A stretch of 64,000 nt of DNA from Chiloscyllium plagiosum (taxonomy: Eukaryota), in assembly GCF_004010195.1 (NCBI RefSeq), contig NC_057710.1:94213728-94277727 (forward strand), in the 5' to 3' direction. The translations under genes and the position numbers were made by a program. This document shows, piece after piece, positions 21,831-36,075 of this stretch. Each line of letters starts with the position of its first letter. The stretch's first letter is position 1. The notes below the pieces were generated by a model, which saw nothing but the letters and a program-made list of their open reading frames with translations, did no database searches and was not told the origin of the DNA.

Positions 21831-23970
21831 GCCAAGATTTCAAGGAAGCCCATTTGAAATGCTTTGCGGCTTCCTTTTTTTAAAAATAGCTTTCATCAAT
21901 TCACGCTGGCAAAGTAATAGCTGAAAGGAAATCTGTTCAGGTTTTGCTGCACCTTATTTTTGGAGCCAATACCATTGTAGGTTGGATTGAATCAGCCCCG
22001 CAGTAAATCTGCGAACTGAGGCACAATTTTGCTTCAGTCTAGAATTAATCCCCTTGTATTTTCATTTTTTTTTGGTTCAGGGAATCCCTATGATAGAGTC
22101 GCACCGTGGAAATTAATAACGCCGACCCGAGCTGCTGAAGCCCCACTGCATCAGTTGACTTTATTGCTAGTTCTTTCTCGGCTCTCAATTGCGGGAATCT
22201 ACACAAGCTGAAGTTTTTTAAAAATATTTTTCATTGACAGCAGTGATTAACATGTTAAAGTGTAACTCAGGATTATAAATGGGGCACCGTTTGTGAATAA
22301 ACTGTGCAGACACTGAAGTAAATTATCTTGGGCTGAGGGGGCGAGACGAACATTTGGCTGGCGTGTTTATTATTTTTAAAGTAGCTGTTTCTGTACATAA
22401 TTTTCATTTTAATGATGTGCAAGGCAGTTCAATGTAAAACTAAAAACGGTGAGCTTATGGTTTTGCAGCTAATTGACTAATGAAGTACGAAAGCTACTCA
22501 GTTCCTTTCACTGTTCAGAGGACTGAATGTACCAAATGGCTTGATTTGTCCACATGATGATCCCAATACATTATGGATTTAAATGTCTCAAGTAATTGAG
22601 CTGGACTGATCCAGATTGGTAATTTAAAATTGAGTGTAACACTGTGTACTGCAATACAGAGAAAAGAAACTTGTCAAAATATCAATGTAACATCTGTTTG
22701 AAACGCATGCACAATCTGAAGCCAACATGTTTACTCAGTAAATTACATGTATTATATTGGGAGGAGAGGCGCACTGTCAAGACGCTGTGCTGTTCATTCA
22801 ATTTTAGAAAATGACTTAATGGTGGAGATTCTGCAACAGTTTGAAAATAAACGTGATCCTCAATTTTGTAATCCTAATAATTAACTTGAAAGGAATTACT
22901 GCTGTCAATAACTTTTATGTTGTTCAAAACTTGTATCTGCATCTTGTGCTGTCGTAGGGACTTTTGGAAATCTTTTAATTGGACTGAATACTGCCTGAAA
23001 ATATATTGGTGAATTAGTTATGATGCCCTACGCTATGGCCAAATCCATCTTTTCCATTATAGGCTGATACCCAACAACATGATTAGAATGGCACCAGAAG
23101 AGCTCTTTGTACTGAAGTGAAATATCTTTAGTATGTGAGGAACACAACAGGCATTGTAATGCACCTCATTCTGTATCAATCCAAAATATTTTCATACTGT
23201 ATGACAGCATTTCAGATGCTTACTTTTTTTTTACAGATTTCTTACGCATTGCAACAAGTACTAGGAACATAATTTGACAAAATGAACAAACTGTGATTTC
23301 ATAAGTATTTAAATGTTTGCAAAGGGGAAAATGCTCAGCAATGACTAGCACCTTTTTAGGAATGTGATTCAGGCCTATTGTTGTGAAGAATAGAAGACCA
23401 AATTAATTGTGTGCTGAAACAGGATGCCCTAGTTACAAACATTTCTTTGCGCTAACATTCCTAACTTGACAATGAAGAATACCAACAGACATTCATTGAT
23501 TCATTGATTTCTTTTTAATTGGCCTTAAGATATGAACATCGATGGCAGGGCCAGCATTTACTGTCCATCTGTAATAGCCCTTGAAAATTGTCCTTAACCA
23601 TAATTTGTTCTGAAGTGTATCTAGACTTTAATATGGGAGTTCAGGTTCATAGTCTGTGTTCGCATAGTCTGTATTGACATGTTTGACTATGACAAGCTTC
23701 ATCCTATTTTGCAGAGTTCTATTTCTGTGCTGTATAAGAGCAATATCTACTTTCATTTTTATGAAAGTACAGGTCGTATAATGTTTGACAAATAAGCTGT
23801 TTTGTGGTATGATGAAATGAATAAGTGAAATGTCAGCAGGATGTTGCAGAAGCATGCTCTGTAAATTTTTCTTCTGTAAATTGAAGGTGGAACATCTGTT
23901 CATGGCACTTAGATCTTAAGCTGGTTTTAAACATAAATCAAAAAGTAACAAGCTGAAGATTGCATTTCTT

Positions 23971-24190
23971 TTAGATTAGATTCCCTACAGTGTAGAAACA
24001 GTCCATTTGGCCCAACAAGTCCACATGCACCCTCTGAAGCGTAACCCACCTAGACCCATTTCCCTCTGATTAATGCACCTAACACTATAGACAGTTTAGC
24101 ATGGCCAATTCACCTGATCTGTACATCCTTTGGACTGTGGGAGGAAACTGGAGCACCCGGCGAAAATTCATGCAGACATGGGGAGGATGT
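23971..24190 (-). mobile_element. HE1-type SINE, 5'-truncated
   Basis: ttagattagattccctacagtg...gactgtgggaggaaactggagcacccgg matches 5481-5700. Confidence 0.8.
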
Positions 24191-24329
24191 GTTTCTGTCA
24201 GAGTTTTCAGTGTAGCAGTAATATTGTCCAAAATTAATCAATGCATTTGGATTTTTTTTAAACAAATTTATTTCTTGCCATGTGCAGATGAATTTTCTCT
24301 GCTTCTTCCATCATAATGTTTTAAAAATG

Positions 24330-25250
24330 ACAAGACCAAAGCCAATGTCTTTGGTGCTGGTCACAAAGCTCATTCCTTTCCCTGGCAGCTGTCTAAGGGT
24401 GAATCAACTGGTCACAACTCTGGTGTCATGATTTAGCTTGCTACTATGCACGATCACTATGATATAATCCAGTTTAGTAACATTGCTCTATTGTGCCTTT
24501 TATCCCAGCTCATCTCTTGTTCAAACTTTTCTGTGCCTTTGTAAATTCAGGAATTGACTATTCCAAGACACTACCTCACCTCATTTTCTACCCTGTATCA
24601 ATTTAAGATAATCCAAAACCCAATTGCTCATGCACTTTCTTACACCAAGTTCACTATTATTAGTCCTGTGCTCACTGACCTTGTGGACTTCCAGTTAGGC
24701 AATGTCTTGATTTTAAAATTCTGTCTTTTTTCAAATCCCTCCTTTGTTCTTCCCAATTTCAATAATCTCCACCAGACCCACAACCCTCCCATATTTGTGC
24801 CACCTAATTCTGTCTTATTTGTGCCACCTAATTCTGTCTTATTTGTGTTTTCTGCTTTTAATTGCATCTTAATTGGTGGACAGTTCTTTGATTGTCTGGA
24901 ACTCTGCCCTGGAATTCCCTCCCTAAAGCTCTTCATCTTTCCATCTTGCTTTGATGCATTGTTGATATGGTTTGCCAGTTGTTACGATGCAAGTCCTATA
25001 TATCTGGCATCTCACCAGCACTGAAATTCAGAATCAAATTACTCATTTGTGTGGGAGGCAAAACATCTTCTTGGCTTGATGGCTCTTTAAAGCTCACCTT
25101 TTTGTCCATATTGTTGATGAAGCTATTTATTTCTATGTCCTGATGTCCCCATTATGTGGTGTCACATGTTGTTTTATAATGTCACAGTGAAGCACTTGTG
25201 GGCATTCTATTATGTTAAAGGTATGGTATAAGTACAAGCTTTAATTGTTG
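24330..25250 (+). mobile_element. Old L2-like LINE 3' remnant
   Basis: IIQNPIAHALSYTKFTIISPVLTDL resembles the L2 C-terminal QN.AAR...ITPVL..L motif. Heavily decayed. Confidence 0.5.
24792..24847 (+). repeat. 24-bp tandem duplication
   Basis: tatttgtgccacctaattctgtct x2, plus a partial third copy. Confidence 0.9.
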
Positions 25251-25739
25251 GAAGTTTGGTGGTAACCTTGTTAATATGGGTAACTGGTGTCTGTGATAGG
25301 TGATGGAACTGAAGTAGCTCCCAGAAACTTTACCTTGTTTTGGCTACATTTGAGTCATTATTTCTAGTAGCAATTAATGATGGCCTCTCATCCATGAGGC
25401 ATAGAAAGTTGTACAGTAATGGAAGTTGCCTAATGTATAACATGAGACAATAAATTCTTTCTTACAATTTTGCAAGTATTGTTTATGTTTCAAGGTTAAT
25501 TTTTAAAATTTACCATACATTACAATGGCCCAGGATTTTTGATTGGGAATAATTTGCTGCAGTGGAGTAGATTTGATCGTGTCAGAACCACAGAGAAAAC
25601 CTTTCTGCTGACTCCAAGGGAATTACCCAGGTAATTGACATTTAAACATTGCTAAAAAGAGGCAATTTGTTGAAATTTTTAATCTTGCTCATTTTAGCTG
25701 GAATGCAAGTAACTGTGTTTGTTTATGCACTGAATAGCT

Positions 25740-26390
25740 GTGCATTTTTGAAAATTTGAAGAAGGTAAATGCTGTTACTCTACAGCAAATCCACAGGAGA
25801 TATTCTCCGCCAAAACAGGTTATTTCTGTCAAGCCAAGAAAATGTTGTGCCTACCACACAAATGCGTAATTTGATTGAGTTTCAGTGCTGGCATGATGCC
25901 AGGTATCTAGAACTTGCAACCCAACAATTGGCAGACCATATCAACAAATGTCCTGTTAACCATTTGCAGCAGGAAGTCTGCCAGTTGTGCTCAACCAACC
26001 TATGCTTGCCAGCTTCAGAGTGGTATCTCCATGAGAAGCTACACATAAATATGCAGCAGCCTCTTTTATGTAGACGAATGCAGTGCATGTTTATTGCACT
26101 ATTTTCTGAAAAAGGGGGTCATGAAGCCACAAATTTCTGTAATATCCCTGGAAACACTTAACCATCAGAATTTATCTGACTGATTGGAGAATTAAGATTG
26201 ACAGTTAACTGTTCTTGTTACATCTCCAAGGTAATCATGGCCTGATTAATCAGCACACTTTTCATGCTGTATAAACTAGTCTCCTATTTCCATGTCTGTT
26301 GCTTGTATTCTGAGTCTGATGAGTGCAAAACGAAGGCCTTCAATTCTTGTCTTTTTTTGTTAGCAATGTTTAAGTTCTATATTACCAAGT
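25740..26390 (+). mobile_element. Penelope-like element remnant (GIY-YIG endonuclease region + 3' end)
   Basis: VVPTTQMRNLIEFQCWHDARYLELATQQLADHINK resembles the PLE consensus ..VY.F.C.C...YVG.T...L..RI..H. A degenerate hammerhead CTGATGA-GT-gcaaa-AC-GAAg lies at 26316-26335. Confidence 0.6.
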
Positions 26391-28297
26391 AATATTCCCT
26401 TGGGGACAATGGCCTGGCATCTGGAACCCTCCAAAACCGTTCATAATCCGGAGTTTGAGCCACTGATTTTGGAGGGTTCTGACTTCCTTAAGGTTAATAG
26501 TTACCCAGGAAAGGTTAGAGAGTTAAAACCTACAAGGTTTAAATCAGGAGTGTGATGGAATATTCAATGCTTACCAGCTGTAATCAAGCAATTTCCTATT
26601 CAGGCTGGAGAAGCTCACTTGATTCACATTTAAATATCTACCTCTCTATTGTTGGCTATTCTCACCAAAATATATGCAATCTTCAGAATACCGAATCATC
26701 AAAATTACTTAACAGCACTTCTTTCCCGATACCCTCTACAATTGAGGGCAAAAACAGCAATGTCAGAGGAACACAGTCACCTCCAAATTCCCCTGTAAAT
26801 CATGTATGTCCTTAATTTGGACACATGTTGCATTACTTTTGCTAGAGCCTTTTCTTTTGTATCTCCTGCTGAACACTGTCATTGAAAGACTGTAAATGTA
26901 AGCACTATAGTTGTTAAGGAAGGAAGACATGCATCACTTTCAAGGGAGCTGGGCATGTGGATTACAGTAGCCTTGGAGACATTGTCCTGAGAAGAAAAAG
27001 TTTAAAAAAAAACAAAAAGTCTTTCACTTTCCTGGTAATATGCTTCTTACCCTGTAAGTTCATATCTTCAGCTTTTACCATGGATGAGGTGAATTCCTTG
27101 TCTGCACTTGACCTTTTGCTGATATTTTCTTATTGGAGGATTCACCAACCACTTGTTGACTGCAGTTTCATGTAGTAGTAAATTAGTTGGTCACGGAATA
27201 TTTAACTGTCTAAACTTGCTTGTCAACACTTGTTTCTACAAATTAGTTGTTTACAATTTGGTTTTCAATTAGTAAGCGGAGACAAATTCAGTCATGACTT
27301 TGTTGAGAGCTAGTTGAGAGCTATATCAGTATCTGAAAATAGAAAATGTACAGGACTGGGGGAAGGCACAGGGGAGTGGCATTAAATGAAAGCTCTTTCA
27401 GAGAGCCTATACAGATATGACTGATCGAAGGCCTCTTTTTGTGCTGTTACCATTATATAACTCTGTGTCATGCACCTTTGCCTTAAATTAAATAGGATAT
27501 AAGGAGAAGAATTGGTGATGAGCATGTTGCCTTCTTACAGACCTTACTGTGCCTTGAATTACTTGCTGTCCATCCTGCTGCAGAGTTTCTGCTGTTTGCT
27601 TCTTACCCAATTCCATTGATGCAATGAATATACTGATGAGAATAATGAATGTGCGTACTGCTGGAGCTGTAAAGTACTGAACTGCCAGATTATCTGTCTA
27701 TTTCCCTCACTCCTTGATTCGTTCAAAATTACCATGGGGATGTATGGCAACACCCCCAGATCAACACAAGGGGCTTAAAGATGACGTTCTGTGTTCCATC
27801 TCACTGTGGTGCATTACATAGTGAAGTATTTGGACTTTGTTACCAAAGTGAAAATTTATCTTTTGTATTTAGTTTGAATGTCTGTGCATAGAAGACCGAG
27901 AACAAAGTGGACTTTGTTCACTCTAATGCCACCAAACTTGTACGGAATAAACAATTTCAGTACAATTTTCCTTTTGTCTGAATTAGATTACGTTTGATTA
28001 TCCAATCATCAAACCTTTAGGTATATGTAATTTTTATTGCTGATTTTAAATTTACCTTAGTAAATTGTGTTGTACTAGTAATGTCCTGACCTCTGAACCA
28101 AGAGGTCCAAGTTCAAGTCTCACCTGCTCTAGACTTGTGTCATAACATTTCTGATCATATTGATTTGAAGAAACAAATCTAATTTGTTTGGAAAGTTGCA
28201 AATTTGTAGGTTATTTTAGCGAGAATGAGAAACAAGATAATTGCAGATATGTCAGTTCCCTATCAATTGTAAGGCAGACAGTGACTTATTTAAATCA

Positions 28298-29052
28298 CAG
28301 GATATACACTTAATGGTAAGGTCCTATGGAGTGTTGCTGAAGAAAGAGACCTTGGAGTGCAGGTTCATAGCTCCTTGAAAGTGGAATCACAGGTGAATAG
28401 GAAAGTGAAGAAGGCGTTTGGTATGCTTTCCTTGATTGGTCAGAGCATTGAGTACAGGAGTTGGGAGGTCATGTTGGGCTGTACAAGACACTGGTTAGGC
28501 CACTTTTGGAATATTGTGTGCAATTCTGATCTCCTTCCTATCAGAAGGATGTTGCAAAACTTGAAAGGGTTCAGAAAAGATTCACAAGGATGTTGTCAGG
28601 GTTGGAGGACTTGAGCTATAGGGAGAGGTTGGGTAGGCTGGGGCTGTTTTCCCTGGAGCATCGAAGGCTGAGAGGTGACCTTATAGAGATTTACAAAGTT
28701 ATGAGGGGCATGGATAGGATAAATAGATGAAGTCTCTTTACTGGGATGGGGGAGTCCAGAACCAGAGGGCATAGATTTAGGGTGAGAGGGGAAAGATATA
28801 AAAGAGACCTAAGGGGCAACTTTTTTCACACACAGGGTGGTATGTGTATGGAATGAGCTGCCAGAGGAAGTGCTGGAGGCTAGTGTGATTGCAACATTTA
28901 AAAGGTACCTGGATGGGTATATGAATAGGAAGGGTTTGGAGGGATATGGGCCGAGTACTGGCAGGTGAGACTAGATTGGGTTGGGATATCTGGTTGGCAT
29001 GGACGAGTTGGATCGAAGGATCTGTTTCTGTGCTGTACATCTCTATGACTCT
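28298..29052 (+). mobile_element. 5'-truncated CR1 (same subfamily as 8570-9976)
   Basis: Near-identical to 9236-9976 by eye; ctctatgactc tail. Confidence 0.9.
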
Positions 29053-29188
29053 TTGGGCATCTCTGGAAACACCAACATTTATTGCCCATCCCTAATATCC
29101 GTTTGAGGTGATGGTGATTCATCATCTTAAATGCAACTGAGTGGCTTTCTTGGTCATTTCAGAGAGCAGGTAAGAGTTGGCCAAGCTG

Positions 29189-29544
29189 GGGCGGCATGGT
29201 GGCTCAGTGGTTAGCACTACTGTCTCACAGTGCCAGGGACCTGGGTTTGATTTCTGCATTCGATTTCAGTGACTGTCTGTGTGGAGTTTGCACATTCTCC
29301 CCGTGTCTGCGTGGGTTTCCTCCAGGTGCTCCGGTTTCCTCCCACAATCCAAAGGTGTGCACGTTAGGTGAATTTGCCATGCTAAATTGCCTGTAGTATT
29401 CAGGGATGTGTTGAATAGATGCATTAGTCAGGGGTAAATGTAGAGTAATAGGGCAAGGGTTTAGGTGGGTTACTCCTCAGAGGGTCGAGTGGACTTCTTG
29501 CACTGGATGGCCTGTTTCCACACTGTAGGAATTCTATTCTATTG
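29189..29544 (+). mobile_element. Full-length HE1-type tRNA-derived SINE
   Basis: A box tggctcagtgg, B-box-like gggtttgattt, (attct)n tail. aagctg duplicated at 29183-29188 and 29545-29550. Confidence 0.9.
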
Positions 29545-29849
29545 AAGCTGTTTGTGGGGGCTGGAATCGCAATGAGTTCAGACCTGGTAAGGACAGCATG
29601 TTTCCTTCCCTAAGCCACATCAATGAGTTAAATGGATTATCGCATAGATTTATAGTTTTGTGGTCACTTGCTGGTAGTAGCTTTTTATTTCATATATTCT
29701 TTCACTGATTGACTTCAAATTTCTAGGTTCCACGCTGGGATTGATTTTCTTGTCTCTGGATCATAGTCAAGATCTTTAGATTATTAGCTTAATAACATAA
29801 TCACAGTGGTACAGTGCTACCTGACAGATTTCTTGGACTCTCATGAAAG

Positions 29850-30560
29850 GATGTCATCATGGATTTTTGAAGGGGAGATCATACTTGAATACTTGAATTG
29901 TTTTTAGTGAAGGTGCCAAATATGTTGGAGAGGGGCGTGTCTGTTTATGTGGATTGCAGGTGTTGTTCAACATGCACAAGAGACCCACAAAAATGAAACC
30001 ACATTGAATTGAAGGTAGGTTTGTGAACATGAGCTGTTAGGAATGGAGAAAAATGAGAGTAAAAGACTTAACTGACACATTATGACAAATGATCTGTACA
30101 GGAGCATCTTATATATGATTGGCTTTGAAGGAATGAAAGTTCACACCATATGTTCAGGTTTTTAGATTACACTGAAGCAGCACATTAAAATATGTGAATG
30201 AGAGTAGGAAGTTGCAAAAACAATCTAGACAGGAGAGGTGAGTCAGCAAAGTTGTCAGATGGACATGAATCAAAAATTGTGAGGCCATCCACTTTAGATC
30301 TGAATAAGTGACTGAACTGTGGCGAAGCCAAGGTACCTGGATCTTGATGGACAGAAATCACTAAAACAAAACTATTTAGGGACAAAATTTAATCAAAGGG
30401 CGAAATGAATGTTGATCTTGATGTTGAGGGAGTTGTTGTACAAAAGTTAGGAAATGGTCCCATTTGCTGCATTGAATTCAGCATTAGACAACAGTCCTCA
30501 GAAAAGATATACTTGGCAACCATAAAGCAAATATTTACCAGAATAATAACATGCAAAACA
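29850..30560 (+). mobile_element. Very old CR1 RT remnant
   Basis: Residual similarity to the CR1 RT nucleotide sequence (catggattt...aggggagatcatacttg). Confidence 0.45.
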
Positions 30561-31136
30561 TGCAAAAAAAAAGAAAGTCATGAAGTTTAGAAATATTGCG
30601 CCTAATTAATGTAAGAAGGAGCATAATTTCTGCAGAAATCTTGATGAAATTATGATGCACCAATTACATTTTTGGGGAAACTCACTGGGATAGTGCACTG
30701 GAAATCACCTCTTGAAGTCAACATAAGATTTAAAGATTTTACAAAGTTTTACAAAATTCTCCAACTTACGTATCTTTTTAGATACAGTTTGAGAAAGCAG
30801 GGACCGGGCTTCTGTACTTAACAAAAATGACTATATGTAGCAAATAAATAGATTTTAGCTACAGTTAATCAATTATAAACTGTCAATGTATAACTCTACT
30901 GGTTAAATTTCTTACACCCTTTTAAAATCCCCCCATGTGTACACATGAGGACAGACACAAATAAAATAGGTGTTATGGTGAGGCAAAGACTGGGAAAGCA
31001 GTTCATAATCCCTGTCCACAGGGTTCACTTAAATAATTTTTCTGCACTTGTGTGCAGGCGACTCGTTCACATTTATGAAAGCTCTGACTTATTGGTTAAA
31101 AGCCTCCAGTTAGAGTAGGTGATGAGGGAAATAAAC

Positions 31137-31276
31137 TCAAGATTAGAGTAGTGCTGGAAAAGCTCAGCAGATCAGGCAAAATCAGAGGAGCAGGAATATC
31201 AGCATTTCGGTCAGGAACTCTTCATCAGGATTCCTGATGAAGGGCTCCTGCCCGAAATGTCCATTTTCCTTTTCCT
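31137..31276. mobile_element. Penelope-derived family 1 element with two divergent hammerhead motifs
   Basis: Palindrome catttcggtcaggaactcttcatcagga-t-tcctgatgaagggctcctgcccgaaatg centred at 31231. Confidence 0.8.
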
Positions 31277-33939
31277 CAGGTCTGAACTATTTCTTTACTA
31301 CATAGTGAAGGGCAGAGGTTGAACAGATGCTGACCATCTTGTTCACACCCACAAGCACTTCAGATACCTAAGGGCCAATCACCTTGTAGTTGGCAAGTAG
31401 AAGGCCTTTGCCATTCCACAGCACTAATCAGGCAATTTGTTACCAGCCAAATCTCCCTTTGTACACTTCAACAGTGTACCTATTTGCAGACACCTCTCCA
31501 AACAAATATTAGTGTAAATGGCACTTATAAGAAGTGTCAGTGACTTGCTTTTACAAAGTATCATCCTTTCCACAAGCTTGTTTTTTTAAAATCAAACCTA
31601 AACCCATTTCAGTCCACAATCAAAAATAAAGAAATTTGGCCTTTGCAGTGAGCATTTACAAACCTATTTTGTAATAATCGAGCTATTTTTATTTATTTCA
31701 CCCTTTCACATTTCCCTTCTTTTGTTATTTCTGTTTCTCCTCCAGAATCTGTATATCACTTCTTTTCCTTTACTCTTCTGTTCTTGTCTTGTCCTTTCAT
31801 TAACAGTGGAGGTATTGGAGTAGTTGAGCGAGCAAGATGAAGCACAATGTTGGAACTTGTTTTGCTGAGGAAGGTGATTCCAACCAATGTGGAAGATTCG
31901 TGCAGGTTCTGCTGTCCTCAGTGACCCTTTTATAATTAACAATATTGGTATTGTAGTTCAGTGATAAAGGTAACAACTTCATCCATGATGTGTTTAACTA
32001 TTGCGAAGACCGAGTGGTCACCACCAACAAGGCAAGCTTGGTAATTGAAGATAATTTGCAGTTTAAGGGTTCTGATCGGATATTAACTTTACACACCAGA
32101 ATGTTTCAATTAACTGGTGACAAGAAATGAAGCTCCAGTTAATGCAGCATTTAAAGTAATGAATATGATAACCTGTGATAGTGATGCATTTGTATATCTT
32201 TTGTTTATGACAGTTTGTTGTCCAAATCAAGCAGGGAGATATGAAAATTTAAAACCAAACCTTACTACTAGGTCTCCAAGCAAAATGCTTCACTCAAATC
32301 ATTTCAATATTCTTTAGTTCTGCAACACCTTCCATTGGGTGGGTGGGATGGGGAGATGACAGCTGATTGATACAAAAAAGTAGAAATCAAACATCACTCC
32401 ATTCCAAGAAATTAATATTGGATTTTCAACTCTTCAGTTTCAATATTTTTCACAATTACCATGTTTTATAAAACAGCTTAAGCCTCTGTTTCAGCATACT
32501 GTTGTGATGATTTACAGCAATATTATCACTGATTTGTTATTTGTATTTTCTTACATATAAAATTAGCAATTTCGCAGCAAGAACCTAAAGCATCAAATAT
32601 TCCCTAATTATCCATGCTTTAGTCAGATCATCCTTATAATCTCATGTTAGAGAAAATGTACTGCCATACTTTTAGTCCTAAACGTCAAAAAAAAACAAAA
32701 AAATCTTTGATTCAGATGCTCTGTAAACCTCAATAATGAAAATGTATCTTGCCATACAAATTCAGAACACCTGCTGTAAACCCAATTTGCAGGAACATTT
32801 CAAATCATTGACTATAATGCAGTTCAAATGTTTCCATGGCAACTGCGTGCCAGGAAATGCAATGGGAAGCTGCATATTCAGAAAAGGGACTTGCCACTGC
32901 CTTAGATTGTTTGCTTGGTATTAACTGTAGGATCTTAAATTTGCTTAGTGAAATGATATGCTAAAATTATGAATTATGTATATGCGTACACTAATTTTAA
33001 ATCTTGTCTGATCAAATAGATTCAGTCTGCAGTTCATTAACGTGAATCTAATTAGCCTGGAGGAAGTTAATTGAATATCTGTCTCATGTTACAGGTCCCA
33101 GAATGCTAGCTGACCATTTAAGGCTATTAAATAGTGGAAGGTTGAACATCCTTGCACATGGTTTCTGGTCTGCACCCATCTTGAAGTGATTTGCATGAAG
33201 TAATGGCAGCTCAAGTGTTTTTTTTTCGATGAATCTGTTAGAGGTGTATGTTATGACAGTTCTTTGTGACAGAGCTAGGCATTCTACTGTTATGCCACAA
33301 GATCCCTACTAGTTTTGAAGTGAGCTATAGTTATTTGCTCAATATTCAGGATGCTTTAATTCTATAAAAGAGGCATATGGTCCTCAGAGCAAGGTCTGCA
33401 TCTATTTGAAAACCAGAACATCAAAATAGCACATAGCAATACACCAACAAAATGTTCATTTGATGTGGTATTAAATATTTGGGAATAGTATCCAAATATA
33501 ATTTCCTAAAGTTCAGCTGTTTCAAAATAGTCCCACAGCATGCTGCAAAGCCGTTTCTCTCCTGCACCTATGGTAGCAGCCCCAGTAACAAAGATTTTAA
33601 TAATTTTAGTATGGCAATGTTTTTACCCCTTCATGAGGGTGTGGGCACTGCTGGCTAGCCCAGTATTTATTGCTTATCAATAATTGTCCTTGAGAAAGTG
33701 GTGAGCTACCTTCTTGAACCTTTGCAGTCCATTTGGTTTAGGTACACAGTAGTATTGGTGAGTTCCGAGATTTTGATCCAGCAACAATGAAGGAATGGTG
33801 ATATTTCCAAATCAGGATGATGAGTGACTTGGAGTGGAAGTTTATGGTAGCAGTTTTCCTATTTATCTGCTGCCTTTGTCCTTCAGGGTGGCAAAGGTCA
33901 TGATTTTGGATCAGCCTTGGTGTGGTCAGCCTCTGACAT

Positions 33940-34440
33940 TGTGGAATTCAGTCTTGGAGTCCTAAAATAAAGTGTCTAAATAAAAAATTAGGTGTTGACC
34001 CTCAAACCCACATTGCACTTTAGAATGCTGTAGGCAGCCTAGAACAGAAATGTTCGCATAAGAGAAAGGTAGCTCCTTAAAATGGCAAACAACTGGAGGA
34101 TCAGGGTTATTTCTACGGAACAAGCAGAGGTGTTCGGCAAAGTCATAGAGTATTAGAGATGTACAGTACAGAATCAGACCCTTCAGTCCAACTTGTCCAT
34201 GCTGACCAAATATGGCAATCCAATCAATTGGTCACCCAGTCTGCATTTGGTCTTGCCAGTTTAGAGGAGACCATATTGTGAGCAACAAATACGGTAGACT
34301 AGGTAGAAAGAAGTGCAGGTAAAATGCTGCATCACCTGGAAAGGTGTAAATAGGGCCTTGGACAGTGAGAGAGAAGCTGAATGGGCAAATGTTACACTTG
34401 TAATTGCATAGGAATATGTCATGTGGTATGAGGAAGTATT
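33940..34440 (-). mobile_element. Penelope-like element remnant (GIY-YIG), interrupted by a CR1 tail at ~34142-34228
   Basis: Minus strand reads PFQVMQHFTCTSFYLVYRICCSQYGLL*TGKTKCRLGD, resuming FAEHL after the CR1 tail. This fits the PLE consensus FTC.S..VY.I.C..CG..YIGET...L..RF.EH. Confidence 0.75.
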
Positions 34441-35872
34441 AGGAGTGATGGTGTTGTTGCAAAGCTAACTGCAGTATCATGCAAATTGTCCAATGGCATG
34501 CAATTCTTATCTTTCTTGCCATGAATTGCTGCCCAATTTCATGTATCGCTCAGATATTGTTTTTTCAAGTGATTTCATGCTAATTATAAGACTTGCTTTT
34601 GCTTTTTTCTTTTTAATCGACAGTAAGTCCAGTTAATTTCTCAGCTCACATTGTTTTTCATTCCTGACCACTTTGCAAGAGCTTTGTTTCATATCCAGAA
34701 GTATTTCTTCCTGATTGTGGGGGACAACATCAAAAGATGTTGGAAGGAGAGTCTATATATTTTTAAGATGGAGTTAAATGTATATATGCACTCTTGATCA
34801 GCAAAGGGATGAAACTTTATCCCAGGCAGATGGGAATGTGGAGTAATTAGACCAGCCATGATCTCTCTGATGGCCCACTCTTCCTTCTGATTAATGTCAC
34901 GTGGATCTTAGCACCAGCTTATTCCTCACAGCAAAATTTCAAGTTATATTCACAACACTATATTTTCCTATTTCTGTCATCTTGCTAAGCTTTTGAACAA
35001 ATTGGTGTAAAGTACGATTGTGCAAATAAAACTTCAAAAGCTCTATCTACTTTGAAGTTCACTTTGAAGAATTATGTGGCAGCCGCACCCATTTTAGTCA
35101 AGGTAAAGCTCTTAAAAAAATTGTTAGAGAAAATATAACATTTGGTGATCCATGATTAGTTTTCTGTCTACAGTACTTGTGTGTAGTTCGGAACACTGAG
35201 AGGTAATTTTCCAGATATAAGGGAAACTGCATAACCCACAAATGCATTATAATGTGGAATAAGTGGATAGTCTACAATTGTATTGTCCACATTTTACTAT
35301 AGAGTTGATGTGTACATTTGTATATATGAGCTAGAGGTCATGGAGAATGGCTCTCATTAGGAACAAAAGATATTTTTTTCTCTTGAGCATTTTGCAGGTT
35401 TCGTATGCAGCAATCAGACCTTAAATCTCATTTAATTTGGCCTTGTCCACCAAGAAAAACAAATTGTGTGCACCTTATGTCATTTGTTTTTGAGCAAATG
35501 TCAGAGCTGCCTCATTACAGTGAACCGACCACAGGTGCCGTTTCTGCCTCAAGAAGGGGGAGCACGTGAGCCCAATTGCTTGACCGCACTGCAGGTTGCA
35601 ACCCTTAGCATGGGAATCCCTGCCTGAATCACACCCAATGGCAATGAGTTCCACATGCTCACAACTGGGGGAAGTATTTCTCCATTTCCTTACTTGATTT
35701 ATGAATTACTATTTCAATTTAACACTACTAATTTTGGACGTTTCCCCAAGTAGAAATTAAGGACCTAGTTTGTTGTTGAAACCCTTAATCATTTTGGAGA
35801 TTTTTTTCCTTTCGTAGACTCCCTTAGACAGGCTGTAGTTTCTCTGTTGGATGCGGATTTTCTTTTTGTTCG

Positions 35873-36075
35873 AGGGTCGGTTAGCTCAATTGGCTGGATG
35901 GCTGGGTTTGCAAGAATCCTAACAGTGTGGGTTTAATTCCTGCACCGGCCGAGTTTACTACGAAGAACTCTCCTTCTCAGCCTTGCCCCTCGCCTGAGGC
36001 ATCATGACCCTCAGGTTAAATCACCACCAGTCATGTGGCTGAGAGAGTAGCACTGTCCTCTGGTAAGACTATGAA
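35873..36075 (+). mobile_element. tRNA-derived SINE (family not assigned)
   Basis: A box tagctcaattgg and B-box-like gggtttaattcc, followed by a non-tRNA body. Confidence 0.65.

Noticed and set aside
29189-29260. tRNA-like sequence (also 5720-5786, 35873-35945)
   Set aside because: Continues into SINE bodies and lacks a proper acceptor stem, so it is not a tRNA gene.
30610-31650. Possible LTR-like element around the hammerhead palindrome
   Set aside because: I could not find matching TG...CA ends with a target duplication.
31700-31880. Strong polypyrimidine tracts with AG at 31745 and 31806
   Set aside because: Phase-1 reading from either acceptor hits stops and no strong donor follows. 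Not supportable as a coding exon.
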